Source of the DNA: Alphaproteobacteria bacterium | Lineage (GTDB): Bacteria; Pseudomonadota; Alphaproteobacteria; Bin95 | Assembly (NCBI GenBank): GCA_963665325.3 | Contig: CAXXWS020000003.1 | Coordinates: 704,001-768,000 of the forward strand | Length of the DNA: 64,000 nucleotides | Reading direction: 5' to 3' | Shown: piece by piece, positions 9,769 through 19,200 of the stretch | How the letters are laid out: each line of letters opens with the position of its first letter | Numbering within the stretch: the stretch's first letter is position 1 | Made by a program: the position numbers and the translations under genes | Notes under the pieces: generated by a model | What the model saw: only the letters and a program-made list of their open reading frames with translations | Database searches by the model: none | Told to the model about the DNA's origin: nothing

Positions 9769-11100
9769 TCAGCTAATGTTGCGCTCCACGAGCCTCGCCT
9801 TCATCTCGGTGCGCGGCAGCACGCCGCGCGGAACGAGTTCGACCCTGGCCTGCACGATCAGCTTCGCCCGCAGGGCCTGCTCGATACGCGCCGCAAGACC
9901 GTCGCTGTCGGCGGCACCCGCCTCCACCCTGACCCGAAGCGGTGGATCGACCTTCGGACCCGCGCCGTCCACCTGAATCAGCATCTCGCCGGTGACCTGC
10001 GGCCGGAAGCCCGCGACCACGTCCTTGACCGCCGACGGCCAGACATTGACGCCGCGCACGATCAGCATGTCGTCCGTCCGCCCGACGCATCGGAGCCGCG
10101 GCCCGGTGCGTCCGCACGGGCAGGGCCCGGTCTTCACGGTGACGCGGTCGCGTGTGCGGAAGCGCAGCATCGGATTGCACTCGCGGTCGATATGCGTGAA
10201 GACCAGCTCGCCCTCGATCTCGGGCCTGTCCGGCGGAATGACCGCGCCCGTGTCCGGATCGACGATCTCCATGATGAGGTAGTCGGGCACCAGGAAATGG
10301 CATCCGTCCCGCGCGTCGCACTCGGCGCTGTGGATGGTGATGAGGTCGGCAATGCCGACCGCCTCCGTGCACCTCGCGTTCCAGCTTTCCTCAATCTGCG
10401 CCCGTATCCCGGGCACGCCGCCGCCGGGTTCGGCCCCGACCATGACTCGCCTTATGCCGAGCTCTGCCGGATTGACCCCCATTTCCTCCCGCGCAAGCTC
10501 CGCGAGGTAGATGGCGTAGGACGGCGTCGTCGCGAGCACGTCGGCCTTCATGGCCCGAATAGATGCGATGAGGCGGTCGGATGCGCCGGTGCCGATGGGA
10601 AGCAGCGTGGCGCCGACGGCCTCGACGGCGGCGGCGACCGGCAGGCCGCCGACGAAGAACCCGATGCCGAGCCCCATCGCGAAGACGCTCTGCGGACGAA
10701 GCCCCTGCGCCCAGTAGCTGCGCGCGATGCACTCGACCCAGCGTCTTGCGTCATGGGCAGTCAGGCCGATGAAGGAGGGAGTCCCGGTCGTGCCCGAGGA
10801 AGCATGCACGCGCACGACATCCTCCATCGAGGCGGCCGCGTGGCTGCCGAGCGGCGGGTCGCGCCTCTGGCTCTCCCTGAGCTCGGTCTTTTCGGTGAAG
10901 GGCAGCCGGGCGAGGTCCGCAAGCGAGCGGATATCGCCGGGTTCCGCGCCCGCGTCGGCGAGCTTCGCGGCATGAAACGGCGAGTTCGCCTTCAGATAGT
11001 CGAGTTGCGCGCGAAGCTTCCGGTGCTGCATCGCGGCGGTCTCATCAGCCGACATTGTCTCGACCGCGGCGTTGAAATAGGCGCTCCCGGCCTGCCGCAT
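9769..11100 (-). CDS. Phenylacetate-CoA ligase family protein
   Basis: HASSGTTG, VGAEPG, LRFRTRD, GRTDDMLIVRGVNVWP. Confidence 0.9.
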   Translation of the reverse strand: MRQAGSAYFNAAVETMSADETAAMQHRKLRAQLDYLKANSPFHAAKLADAGAEPGDIRSLADLARLPFTEKTELRESQRRDPPLGSHAAASMEDVVRVHASSGTTGTPSFIGLTAHDARRWVECIARSYWAQGLRPQSVFAMGLGIGFFVGGLPVAAAVEAVGATLLPIGTGASDRLIASIRAMKADVLATTPSYAIYLAELAREEMGVNPAELGIRRVMVGAEPGGGVPGIRAQIEESWNARCTEAVGIADLITIHSAECDARDGCHFLVPDYLIMEIVDPDTGAVIPPDRPEIEGELVFTHIDRECNPMLRFRTRDRVTVKTGPCPCGRTGPRLRCVGRTDDMLIVRGVNVWPSAVKDVVAGFRPQVTGEMLIQVDGAGPKVDPPLRVRVEAGAADSDGLAARIEQALRAKLIVQARVELVPRGVLPRTEMKARLVERNIS

Positions 11101-11231
11101 CGCCCTGCTCCTGCCGAATAAGCCCCCTGGAGGATAGTCAACTCTTCCCGCGCCGGAAACGGCGCCCGCCCGGGCGTAGCGACCGGGCGGGCACGGCGAT
11201 ACAAATACCGGCGCGAGAAAGGGTCTGTTCC

Positions 11232-11699
11232 ATGTGGCAACGATATGGGTTCGGCATGCTCGGTGTGCTTGCGGCGTTGCTGATGGCGGTGCCGGCGGCT
11301 GTCGCGGGAGACATCGCGTTCGGGCGCGGGCAGGTGCGGATCGAGACGGCGGGGGGCGTGCGGCTCTTCCATGTAGAGTTTGCTGAGACGTCGGAGCAGC
11401 GCTCGCGCGGCCTCATGTACCGCCGGACACTGGCGCCGGACGCGGGCATGCTGTTCCTCTTCCCCGAGCGCGAGCGGCCGACCATGTGGATGGCCAATAC
11501 CTGGCTGCCGCTGGACATGCTGTTCCTGGCGACCGACGGGCGCATCGTGGACATCTTCCCCAACACCGTGCCGCGCTCGCGGCTCGTCATCTCTTCGCCC
11601 CATCCGGCGCGCATGGTGCTCGAACTCCGTGGCGGGACGGCGCGCCGCCTCGGGATCGCGCCCGGTGACCGGATCTCCTGGCGCCGGCTAGGCCGTTAG
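11232..11699 (+). CDS. DUF192 family exported protein
   Basis: Signal peptide, RGLMYR, GMLF, MWMANTWLPLDMLF, VLELRGG. Confidence 0.9.
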   Translation: MWQRYGFGMLGVLAALLMAVPAAVAGDIAFGRGQVRIETAGGVRLFHVEFAETSEQRSRGLMYRRTLAPDAGMLFLFPERERPTMWMANTWLPLDMLFLATDGRIVDIFPNTVPRSRLVISSPHPARMVLELRGGTARRLGIAPGDRISWRRLGR

Positions 11700-11718
11700 C
11701 GCCGGTGGGGCGCCCCGG

Positions 11719-13140
11719 TCACGGGAAGAAGATCAGCGTCACCAGCAGGAAGATCGGCATCAGTATGCCGACCGACCATGCCATGTATCCGAAGAAGCTC
11801 GGCATGGCGATGCCGCGCTCCTCGCAGATCGCCCGCACCATGAAGTTCGGCGCATTGCCGATATAGGTGTTGGCGCCCATGAACACCGCGCCGGCCGAGA
11901 TCGCGAGCAGGGTGCCGTAGAGCGGCCCCATCAACTCCTGGGCGTCGCCGCCGGCGGTGTTGAAGAACACGAGGTAGGTCGGCGCATTGTCGAGGAAGCT
12001 CGACAGGATGCCGGTCAACCAGAAATACATCGCCTCGACCGGTTGGCCGTCCGCGCCCGTGACCAGCGAGACCACCGGCTCCAGCGCGCCCGAAGTGCCG
12101 GCCCTCAGGATGGCGATGGCCGGCACGATGGTGAGGAAGATGCCGGCGAAGAGCTTGCCGACCTCCAGGATCGGGAACCAGGAGAAGCCGTTGGCGTCGC
12201 GGTTGGCCCGGTCGGTGACGATCCAGGAAACCCAGGCGATGGCGAGCAGGGCCAGGTCGCGGAAGAGGTTCTGGAGCTCCACGGTTACATGGAAGACATC
12301 AAAAGAGACGCCCGGCCTCCACACTCCTGACATTAGCACCGCTGCGACGACGCCGGCGAGCAGCAGGAAGTTAACCGTGCCGGTCACGCCTAGCGCCTCG
12401 CCGTCGCCCTCGTCCTCCTCCGCCGGCCGGCCGGTCTCGCGCCGGTAGAGGAAGCTGTCTACGGCGTAATACAGCACCAGCAGGATGACGGAGACGATCA
12501 GCATCGGCACCAGCATGGCCCCGGTCGGCCAGAAGAAATCGACGCCTTTCAGGAACCCCAGGAACAGCGGCGGGTCGCCGAGCGGCGTCAGGGAGCCGCC
12601 GATATTCGCGACCAGGAAGATGAAGAACACCATGGTGTGGACTTTGTACCGCCGCCACTCATTGGCCCGGATGATCGGGCGGATGAGCAGCATCGCCGCG
12701 CCCGTGGTGCCCATCCAGCTCGCGAGCACCGTGCCCAGCAGCAGGATGCCGGTATTGACGACAGGCGTGCCGACCAGTCGGCCGGTGAGGCGGATGCCGC
12801 CGGCAACGGTGAAGAGCGACAAGAGCAGGATGATGAAAGGGATGTATTCGAGCAGCCCGACATGCAGCACCTCGAACAGCGCGAGCTCCCAGCCGAAGAC
12901 GGCGAGAAAGGGCAGCAGGAAGGCGAACGCCCAGAAGGCCGAGACCTTGCCGAAATGGTGGTGCCAGAAGGTGGGCGCGAGCAGCGGGAAGAGCGCGATC
13001 GACAAGAGGATGCCGACGAACGGCACGCACCATATGAGCCCGAGCTCGGCGCCGTCCAGATGCGGTGCGCCGGCGCCGGCCGCCAGAGCTGGCCCGGTGC
13101 CGAGCAGCAAGGCCGAAATGGATGCGGCGAGCACGCGCAT
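11719..13140 (-). CDS. Putative sodium:proton antiporter (ion transporter superfamily)
   Basis: Many TM segments, ANIGGSLTPLGDPPLFLGFL, SFLDNAPTY, TYIGNAPNFMV; start at MRVLAAS. Confidence 0.88.
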   Translation of the reverse strand: MRVLAASISALLLGTGPALAAGAGAPHLDGAELGLIWCVPFVGILLSIALFPLLAPTFWHHHFGKVSAFWAFAFLLPFLAVFGWELALFEVLHVGLLEYIPFIILLLSLFTVAGGIRLTGRLVGTPVVNTGILLLGTVLASWMGTTGAAMLLIRPIIRANEWRRYKVHTMVFFIFLVANIGGSLTPLGDPPLFLGFLKGVDFFWPTGAMLVPMLIVSVILLVLYYAVDSFLYRRETGRPAEEDEGDGEALGVTGTVNFLLLAGVVAAVLMSGVWRPGVSFDVFHVTVELQNLFRDLALLAIAWVSWIVTDRANRDANGFSWFPILEVGKLFAGIFLTIVPAIAILRAGTSGALEPVVSLVTGADGQPVEAMYFWLTGILSSFLDNAPTYLVFFNTAGGDAQELMGPLYGTLLAISAGAVFMGANTYIGNAPNFMVRAICEERGIAMPSFFGYMAWSVGILMPIFLLVTLIFFP

Positions 13141-13307
13141 GGATCCCTCCCCGATAACCCCCCGAAGCAGCCGGGCCCGCCGGCGCGCAGGACGGGCCAA
13201 TATGCCCCAGCACCGCCGCGCGGCCAAGACGGCGGCATTTGCCGGGGACGGCGGGCGCGGTAGAGTGCGCCGGTTCCCATTCCGGCAAGCGGGGAGGCCG
13301 CCTTTTT

Positions 13308-13784
13308 ATGGAACTTACCGGCGAACGGCGCATCGAGGCCCCGCGCGAGACGGTCTGGCAGGCGCTCAATGACCCCGAAGTGCTGAAGGCCGCGATTCCC
13401 GGCTGCCAGGAGCTGGAAAAAACCGCCGACAACGCCTTCGCCGCAACGGTGCAGGCGAAAGTGGGTCCGGTGAAGGCGACTTTCGCGGGCGCGGTCGAGC
13501 TGACTGACATAGAGGCCCCGGAGAGCTATCGCATCTCCGGCGAGGGCACTGGCGGCGCGGCCGGCTTCGCGCGCGGCGGGGCATGGGTGCGGCTTGCCGA
13601 GGACGGCGATGCGACAGTGCTTACCTACGAGGCGGATGCGCAGGTCGGCGGCAAGCTCGCCCAGATCGGCTCGCGCCTCATCCAGGGCACGGCGCGCAAG
13701 CTGGCCGGCCAGTTCTTCGACCGCTTCGCCGAAGCCGTACAGCAGGACGGCGGTGAGGGCGATCGTTCCGCGAATGACGAATAA
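13308..13784 (+). CDS. coxG: CoxG/SRPBCC family protein
   Basis: [40 protein letters not shown]. Confidence 0.88.
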   Translation: MELTGERRIEAPRETVWQALNDPEVLKAAIPGCQELEKTADNAFAATVQAKVGPVKATFAGAVELTDIEAPESYRISGEGTGGAAGFARGGAWVRLAEDGDATVLTYEADAQVGGKLAQIGSRLIQGTARKLAGQFFDRFAEAVQQDGGEGDRSANDE

Positions 13785-13798
13785 GGGAGGCAGGAACG

Positions 13799-14104
13799 GT
13801 GAATCCGCAGCTGGCGTTGCCGAAACGGAGACTGGCTGCCTTCTGTCGGGCGAACGGCATAAAGCGGCTTTCTGTTTTCGGGTCCGCGCTCCGCGACGAT
13901 TTCGGGTCGGACAGCGACATAGATCTGCTGGTCGAATTCGATCCCGAATATGTCCCGGGCCTGCTTCGACTCGCGGGAATGGAATTGGAGCTGTCGGAGT
14001 TGTTCGACGGTCGCAAAATCGATCTGAGGACACCGAAAGACTTAAGCCGCTACTTTCGCCGGCAGGTGATGGACGAAGCCGAACTCCAATATGCACAAGA
14101 GTGA
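13799..14104 (+). CDS. MNT-family nucleotidyltransferase antitoxin (MntA-like)
   Basis: [21 protein letters not shown] (GSx10DxD). Confidence 0.9.
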   Translation: MNPQLALPKRRLAAFCRANGIKRLSVFGSALRDDFGSDSDIDLLVEFDPEYVPGLLRLAGMELELSELFDGRKIDLRTPKDLSRYFRRQVMDEAELQYAQE

Positions 14105-14339
14105 TGAGGTTCGGCTGCGGCACATGCTGGATGCAGCTAGTGAAGCCGCCGCGCGAATAAGCGAAACCGGGCGAACGCAACTACCGGATATCCCCTGGGC
14201 TGAAATAGTAGGAATGCGGAATCGCCTCATTCACGCCTATTGGGAGATAGACCTCGATATCGTCTGGAAGACGGCTGCCGATGAGATGCCCGTCCTCGTG
14301 GCAATGCTCGAACCATTGGTCCCGCCGGCAAGCGAATAA
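14091..14339 (+). CDS. HEPN/DUF86 toxin (HepT-like), internally shortened
   Basis: [17 protein letters not shown] (RX4HXY); only 82 aa; overlaps the MNT gene. Confidence 0.8.
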   Translation: MHKSDEVRLRHMLDAASEAAARISETGRTQLPDIPWAEIVGMRNRLIHAYWEIDLDIVWKTAADEMPVLVAMLEPLVPPASE

Positions 14340-14360
14340 CGCAACAGCGTGACAGCAACC

Positions 14361-15104
14361 ATGTTTGACCCCGCCTCCGCCGTGCTGATCGCTGCTGTCT
14401 TTCTGCTTGCGGGCGCGGTGAAGGGCGTGGTCGGGCTGGGGCTGCCGACCGTGAGTCTCGGGCTCCTGACCGCCGCCTTCGACCTGACGACGGCCATGGC
14501 GCTGATGGTCGCGCCGTCCTTCGCCACGAATCTCCTGCAGGCGGTCGTGGGCGGCAACGGCCGGGCGCTCGTTCGCCGGCTCTGGCCGTTTCTCGCGGCC
14601 GCCGGCCTGACCGTCTGGATCGGCGTGGCCGCACTCGTCAGCGTCGATCTGGCGCTCCTCTCCGGCCTGCTCGGCCTGCTGCTCATAGCCTATGCGGCGC
14701 AGGGGCTTGCGGGGCTGGGCATCTCGATTCCAGCGCGTTGGCAGGCTTGGGCGGGGCCCGCCTTCGGCACCGTGAACGGCGTGCTTACCGGCATGACCGG
14801 CTCCTTCGTCGTGCCGGGCGTGCTCTACCTCCAGGCCATCGGCCTCGGGCGCGACGCGCTCGTGCAGGCCATGGGCATGCTGTTCACCGTCTCGACCCTG
14901 GCGCTCGCCGTCTCGCTTCAGCGACACGGCCTGCTCGACGGGCCGCTCGGCCTGGCGTCGGCCGCGGCGCTCGCGCCGGCCTTCCTCGGCATGTGGGCGG
15001 GCCTGCTGCTCAGACGGCGGCTCTCCGAGGCGCGCTTCCGGCGCGTCTTCTTCCTCGCCGTTCTGGCGCTCGGCCTCTACATCGTCGCGACAGCCGCCCT
15101 CTGA
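14361..15104 (+). CDS. TauE/SafE family membrane protein
   Basis: AGAVKGVVGLGLP, GVLTGMTGSFVVPG, hydrophobic profile. Confidence 0.88.
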   Translation: MFDPASAVLIAAVFLLAGAVKGVVGLGLPTVSLGLLTAAFDLTTAMALMVAPSFATNLLQAVVGGNGRALVRRLWPFLAAAGLTVWIGVAALVSVDLALLSGLLGLLLIAYAAQGLAGLGISIPARWQAWAGPAFGTVNGVLTGMTGSFVVPGVLYLQAIGLGRDALVQAMGMLFTVSTLALAVSLQRHGLLDGPLGLASAAALAPAFLGMWAGLLLRRRLSEARFRRVFFLAVLALGLYIVATAAL

Positions 15105-15210
15105 CGGCCGTGCGGGGCGACGCGGGCCGTGACCGTGGGGAGAAAACCGCGCTAGACTGGCGCCATCGGGAACAAGACGGCGACCGGGACACCCCCGGCG
15201 AGGAGCAGCC

Positions 15211-16047
15211 ATGAACGCATTCGCAACCGCTCTGGCCGAAGCCCCCCACGGCCTCGACCTCGCATGGGACACAACCGACCCCCGGGAAGTCCGCCGCCAG
15301 ATCCGCACCGGCCAGTATCGCGGTCACACGGGCGCGCTCGCAAAGGGCTTTGTACAGGCTAATCTCGCGATCATGTCCTTGGATTACGCGGAAGATTTCC
15401 TGCGCTTCTGCCAGCGCAACCCCAAGCCCTGCCCACTGCTGGCCATGTCCGAGCCCGGCGACCCGCGCCTGCCGGAGCTGGCGGAGGACCTCGACATCCG
15501 GACCGACCTGCCGAGCTACCGGGTGTTCCGGGACGGCGAGTTCGACGGCGATGTCGTGAGCATCGAGGACCTCTGGCGGGACGATTTCGTGGTGTTTGCG
15601 CTCGGCTGTTCCTTCTCCTTTGAGGAACCGTTGGTGGACGCGGGCCTCAGGGTGCGCCACTGGGAGGACGGCAGCGTGTGCCCGATGTTTCTGACCGACA
15701 TCGACTGCGCGCCTGCCGGCCGCTTCCACAGCAAGCTGGTCGTGTCGATGCGCCCCTTCACTCCGGCCGGTGCGATCAAGGCCGTCCAGATCACCAGCCG
15801 CTATCCGCGCGTCCACGGCGCGCCGGTGCATCTCGGCATGCCGGAGCTTATCGGCATTGAGGATATCGGGCGCGCCTGGCAAGGAGACGACCCCGTTCTC
15901 GCCCCGGACGAGATGCCGGTCTTCTGGGCTTGCGGGGTGACACCGCAGGTCGCCGTGCGCTCGGCGCGCCCGCCGCTGGCGATTACCCACACGCCCGCCC
16001 ACATGCTGGTTACGGACGTGCGCAACGCCTCGCTTGCGGTGGGCTGA
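15211..16047 (+). CDS. Putative hydro-lyase (DUF1445/D-glutamate cyclase family)
   Basis: [36 protein letters not shown]. Confidence 0.9.
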   Translation: MNAFATALAEAPHGLDLAWDTTDPREVRRQIRTGQYRGHTGALAKGFVQANLAIMSLDYAEDFLRFCQRNPKPCPLLAMSEPGDPRLPELAEDLDIRTDLPSYRVFRDGEFDGDVVSIEDLWRDDFVVFALGCSFSFEEPLVDAGLRVRHWEDGSVCPMFLTDIDCAPAGRFHSKLVVSMRPFTPAGAIKAVQITSRYPRVHGAPVHLGMPELIGIEDIGRAWQGDDPVLAPDEMPVFWACGVTPQVAVRSARPPLAITHTPAHMLVTDVRNASLAVG

Positions 16048-16064
16048 ACGCTTCGGAGGGCCGC

Positions 16065-17237
16065 ATGCGCCCCAACGCCCTGCCGCCTTTCGACTTCGGC
16101 CTCGGCGAAGCCGTCGACCTGCTGCGCGCTTCGGTGGAAACCTTTGCGGCGGACGAGATTGCGCCCCGCGCCGACGCCATGGACCGGTCTAACGAGTTCC
16201 CGCGCGAGCTCTGGCCGGAAATGGGCGCGCTCGGCCTGCATGGCATCACCGTAGAGGAGGACTATGGCGGCGCGGAGATGGGCTATACAGCCCATGTGGT
16301 TGCGATGGAGGAGATCAGCCGCGCCTCCGGGGCGGTCGGCCTCTCCTACGGGGCGCATTCCAATCTCTGCGTCAACCAGATCCGCCGCAACGGCAGCGAG
16401 GCGCAGAAGCGCCGCTACCTGCCGAGACTGATCTCCGGCGAGCATGTGGGCGCGCTCTCGATGAGCGAGCCGGGCGCGGGCTCCGACGTGGTCGCCATGT
16501 CCTGCCGGGCCGAGAAGCGCGGCTCGCGCTATGTGCTGAACGGCACCAAGATGTGGTGCACCAACGGCCCGGATGCCGATGTGCTGGTCGTCTATGCCAA
16601 GACCGCGCCGGAGGCGGGCCCGCACGGCATCTCCGCCTTCCTGGTCGAGAGCGGCTTCCGGGGCTTCCGGCCGGGGCAGAAGCTCGACAAGCTCGGCATG
16701 CGCGGCTCCGGCACCAGCGAGCTCATCTTCGAGGACTGCGAGGTGCCGGAGGAAAACCTGCTCGGCCGCGAGAACGGGGGCGTGCGGGTGCTGATGAGCG
16801 GGCTGGACTACGAACGCCTGGTGCTCGCCGGCGGGCCGCTCGGCCTCATGCAGGCGGCGATGGACGAGGCGCTGCCCTATCTGCACGACCGCCGGCAGTT
16901 CGGCCAGCCGATCGGCTCCTTCCAGCTCATGCAGGGCAAGCTCGCCGACATGTATGTGACGATGAACGCCTGCCGCGCCTATGTGTACACGGTCGCCCAG
17001 GCTTGCGACCGGGGCGACACGACGCGCAAGGACGCGGCCGGCGCCATCCTCTACGCCGGGGAAAAGGCAACCTGGCTGGCGCTGGAGGCGATCCAGTGCC
17101 TCGGTGGCATGGGTTATGTCAATGAGAGCCCCGTCGGGCGGGTGCTCCGCGACGCCAAGCTCTACGAGATCGGCGCGGGCACCAGCGAAATCCGCCGCTG
17201 GCTCATCGGCCGCGAGCTCATGGAGGAGACGGGGTAA
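16065..17237 (+). CDS. ivd: Isovaleryl-CoA dehydrogenase
   Basis: [52 protein letters not shown]. Confidence 0.92.
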   Translation: MRPNALPPFDFGLGEAVDLLRASVETFAADEIAPRADAMDRSNEFPRELWPEMGALGLHGITVEEDYGGAEMGYTAHVVAMEEISRASGAVGLSYGAHSNLCVNQIRRNGSEAQKRRYLPRLISGEHVGALSMSEPGAGSDVVAMSCRAEKRGSRYVLNGTKMWCTNGPDADVLVVYAKTAPEAGPHGISAFLVESGFRGFRPGQKLDKLGMRGSGTSELIFEDCEVPEENLLGRENGGVRVLMSGLDYERLVLAGGPLGLMQAAMDEALPYLHDRRQFGQPIGSFQLMQGKLADMYVTMNACRAYVYTVAQACDRGDTTRKDAAGAILYAGEKATWLALEAIQCLGGMGYVNESPVGRVLRDAKLYEIGAGTSEIRRWLIGRELMEETG

Positions 17238-17277
17238 CCCGGAACGCCGCGCCGCTTGCGGGAAGGAGCCGCTGTCC

Positions 17278-18465
17278 ATGCCCTCGATCCCCTCCGCGCT
17301 CGACATCGCCAGGGACCTCGTGCGCATGGACACGCGCAACCCGCCCGGACGCGAGGTGGAATGCGCACACTATCTCGGCGACCTGCTCTCCGGCGCTGGT
17401 CTGGAGGTTTCCTACTACGAGTTTGCGTCCGAGCGGACGAGCCTCGTCGCGCGGCTGCGGGGAGAGGGTGGCGAGACGGACAGGGAAAAGCCGCTCTGCT
17501 TCGGTGGGCATATCGACGTGGTGCCCCTCGGCGCGAAGGAGTGGTCGGTCGATCCCTTCGGCGCTGAGATCGCGGACGGCAGGCTCTACGGCCGCGGCAC
17601 GACGGACATGAAGGCGGGCGTTGCCGCATTCGTTCATGTCGCGATGAAGCTCGCGGGCGAAGGGAGGCGCGGGACGGCGGACATCGTGCTGGCGATCTGC
17701 GCCGGCGAGGAGACCGGCTGCGAGGGCTCGTCCCATCTGGGCAGGACCGGCGCGCTCGGCGAGGCCGGGGCCATCGTCATCGCCGAGCCTACCGCGAACT
17801 ATCCGGTCCTCGGCCACAAGGGCGCGCTCTGGCTCGATGTGGAGGCGCAAGGCGTTACCGCCCACGGCTCGATGCCGGAGCGGGGGGTGAACGCCATCTA
17901 CAAGGCGGCGCGCGCGGTGACAAAGCTCGAAGACTTCGATTTCAACGTGAAGCCGCACGAGCTGCTCGGGTGCTCGACCCTCAATGTCGGCACCATGCAG
18001 GGTGGCCTCAACCTCAACTCGGTGCCCGACCGCGCCGGGTTCACCGTCGATATCAGGACTCTGCCGGAGCAGGACCATGCGGAGATCGTCTCCGGCCTGC
18101 AGGGCTATCTCGGCGAGGAGAGCCGGATCGCCCGCATCGTGGACGTGGGCGGCGTGCACACTCCGCACACTCATCCCTGGATGCGGGAGGTGTATGCGGC
18201 GATGCAATCGATCCTGGACGAGGAGATCGAGCCGCGCGGCGCGCCCTATTTCACCGATGCGTCGGCGCTGACGCCGGCCTGCGGGCATCCGCCGACCGTG
18301 ATCCTGGGGCCGGGCGAGATGCACATGGCCCACCAGACCGACGAATACTGCCCCGTAGCCCACATCCCGCAGGCCGTCGAAGCATATGAGGTCCTGGCGC
18401 GCCGATGGTGCGGGTATTCGGGCGAAGGCGTCTCGGGAGCCGGAAGGCCGGGCGGCAGACCATGA
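17278..18465 (+). CDS. M20 family metallopeptidase (ArgE/DapE-like)
   Basis: GHIDVVP, GRGTTDMK, GEETG, AHGSMP, AHQTDEY. Confidence 0.9.
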   Translation: MPSIPSALDIARDLVRMDTRNPPGREVECAHYLGDLLSGAGLEVSYYEFASERTSLVARLRGEGGETDREKPLCFGGHIDVVPLGAKEWSVDPFGAEIADGRLYGRGTTDMKAGVAAFVHVAMKLAGEGRRGTADIVLAICAGEETGCEGSSHLGRTGALGEAGAIVIAEPTANYPVLGHKGALWLDVEAQGVTAHGSMPERGVNAIYKAARAVTKLEDFDFNVKPHELLGCSTLNVGTMQGGLNLNSVPDRAGFTVDIRTLPEQDHAEIVSGLQGYLGEESRIARIVDVGGVHTPHTHPWMREVYAAMQSILDEEIEPRGAPYFTDASALTPACGHPPTVILGPGEMHMAHQTDEYCPVAHIPQAVEAYEVLARRWCGYSGEGVSGAGRPGGRP

Positions 18466-19166
18466 CCGCAGCGGAAGGCGAGGAGGACAGGTTCGCGATC
18501 CTGCGCCGCAGGATGCTTGAGGAGATTGCGCTCCATGCCCGCCATGTTAGCGGCAAGACCGGCCGCGCCGCGATCTCCGGCCCCGTCATGGAGGCGATCG
18601 GCCAGGTGCCCCGCCACACCTTCGTGCCGGTCGAGATGGCGCTCTACGCCTATCTCGATGCGCCGCTTCCCATCGGCTGTGGCAAGACCATCTCGCAGCC
18701 CTTCATCGTCGCCCTGATGACCGACCTGCTCGAAATCGGTCCCGACCACAGGGTGCTCGAAATCGGCACGGGGCTCGGCTACCAGGCGGCCGTGCTGGCA
18801 GAGCTTGCAGCAGAGGTGTTCACCGTAGAGGTGCTCGAGGACCTGGCGCAGAGCGCCCGCCGCCGGCTTGCCGACCGGGGCTATGCCAATGTGCGCTCCC
18901 GCATCGGCGACGGCAGCATGGGCTGGCCCGAGCATGCGCCCTTCGACCGCATTATTGCCACGGCGGCGCCCGACCTCATCCCGCCGGCTCTCCTTCAGCA
19001 GCTCAAGCCGGGAGGGCGGATGATGATCCCTGCGGGGCTGGAGGACGACCAGCGCCTGCTCCTGGTCACCAGGGACGCAGGCGGACGCATTGGAACCGAG
19101 GAGGTCCTGCCGGTGCGCTTCTCCCAAATGACGAGCGGCGGGGAGGCGGCGGACGCGCGAGGCTGA
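18462..19166 (+). CDS. pcm: Protein-L-isoaspartate O-methyltransferase
   Basis: KTISQPFIVA, VLEIGTGLGYQAA, APFDRII. Confidence 0.92.
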   Translation: MTAAEGEEDRFAILRRRMLEEIALHARHVSGKTGRAAISGPVMEAIGQVPRHTFVPVEMALYAYLDAPLPIGCGKTISQPFIVALMTDLLEIGPDHRVLEIGTGLGYQAAVLAELAAEVFTVEVLEDLAQSARRRLADRGYANVRSRIGDGSMGWPEHAPFDRIIATAAPDLIPPALLQQLKPGGRMMIPAGLEDDQRLLLVTRDAGGRIGTEEVLPVRFSQMTSGGEAADARG

Positions 19167-19200
19167 ACCGCCGCGCCGGGCGGCGGACTGTCCGCGAGGG

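Noticed and set aside
8800-11121. Long antisense or alternate-frame ORFs (e.g. 1811-4042, 8800-11121, 19855-21969, 50414-53032)
   Set aside because: They are shadow ORFs of high-GC genes: they overlap well-supported CDSs, have low-complexity Arg/Ala/Gly/Pro composition and show no motifs.
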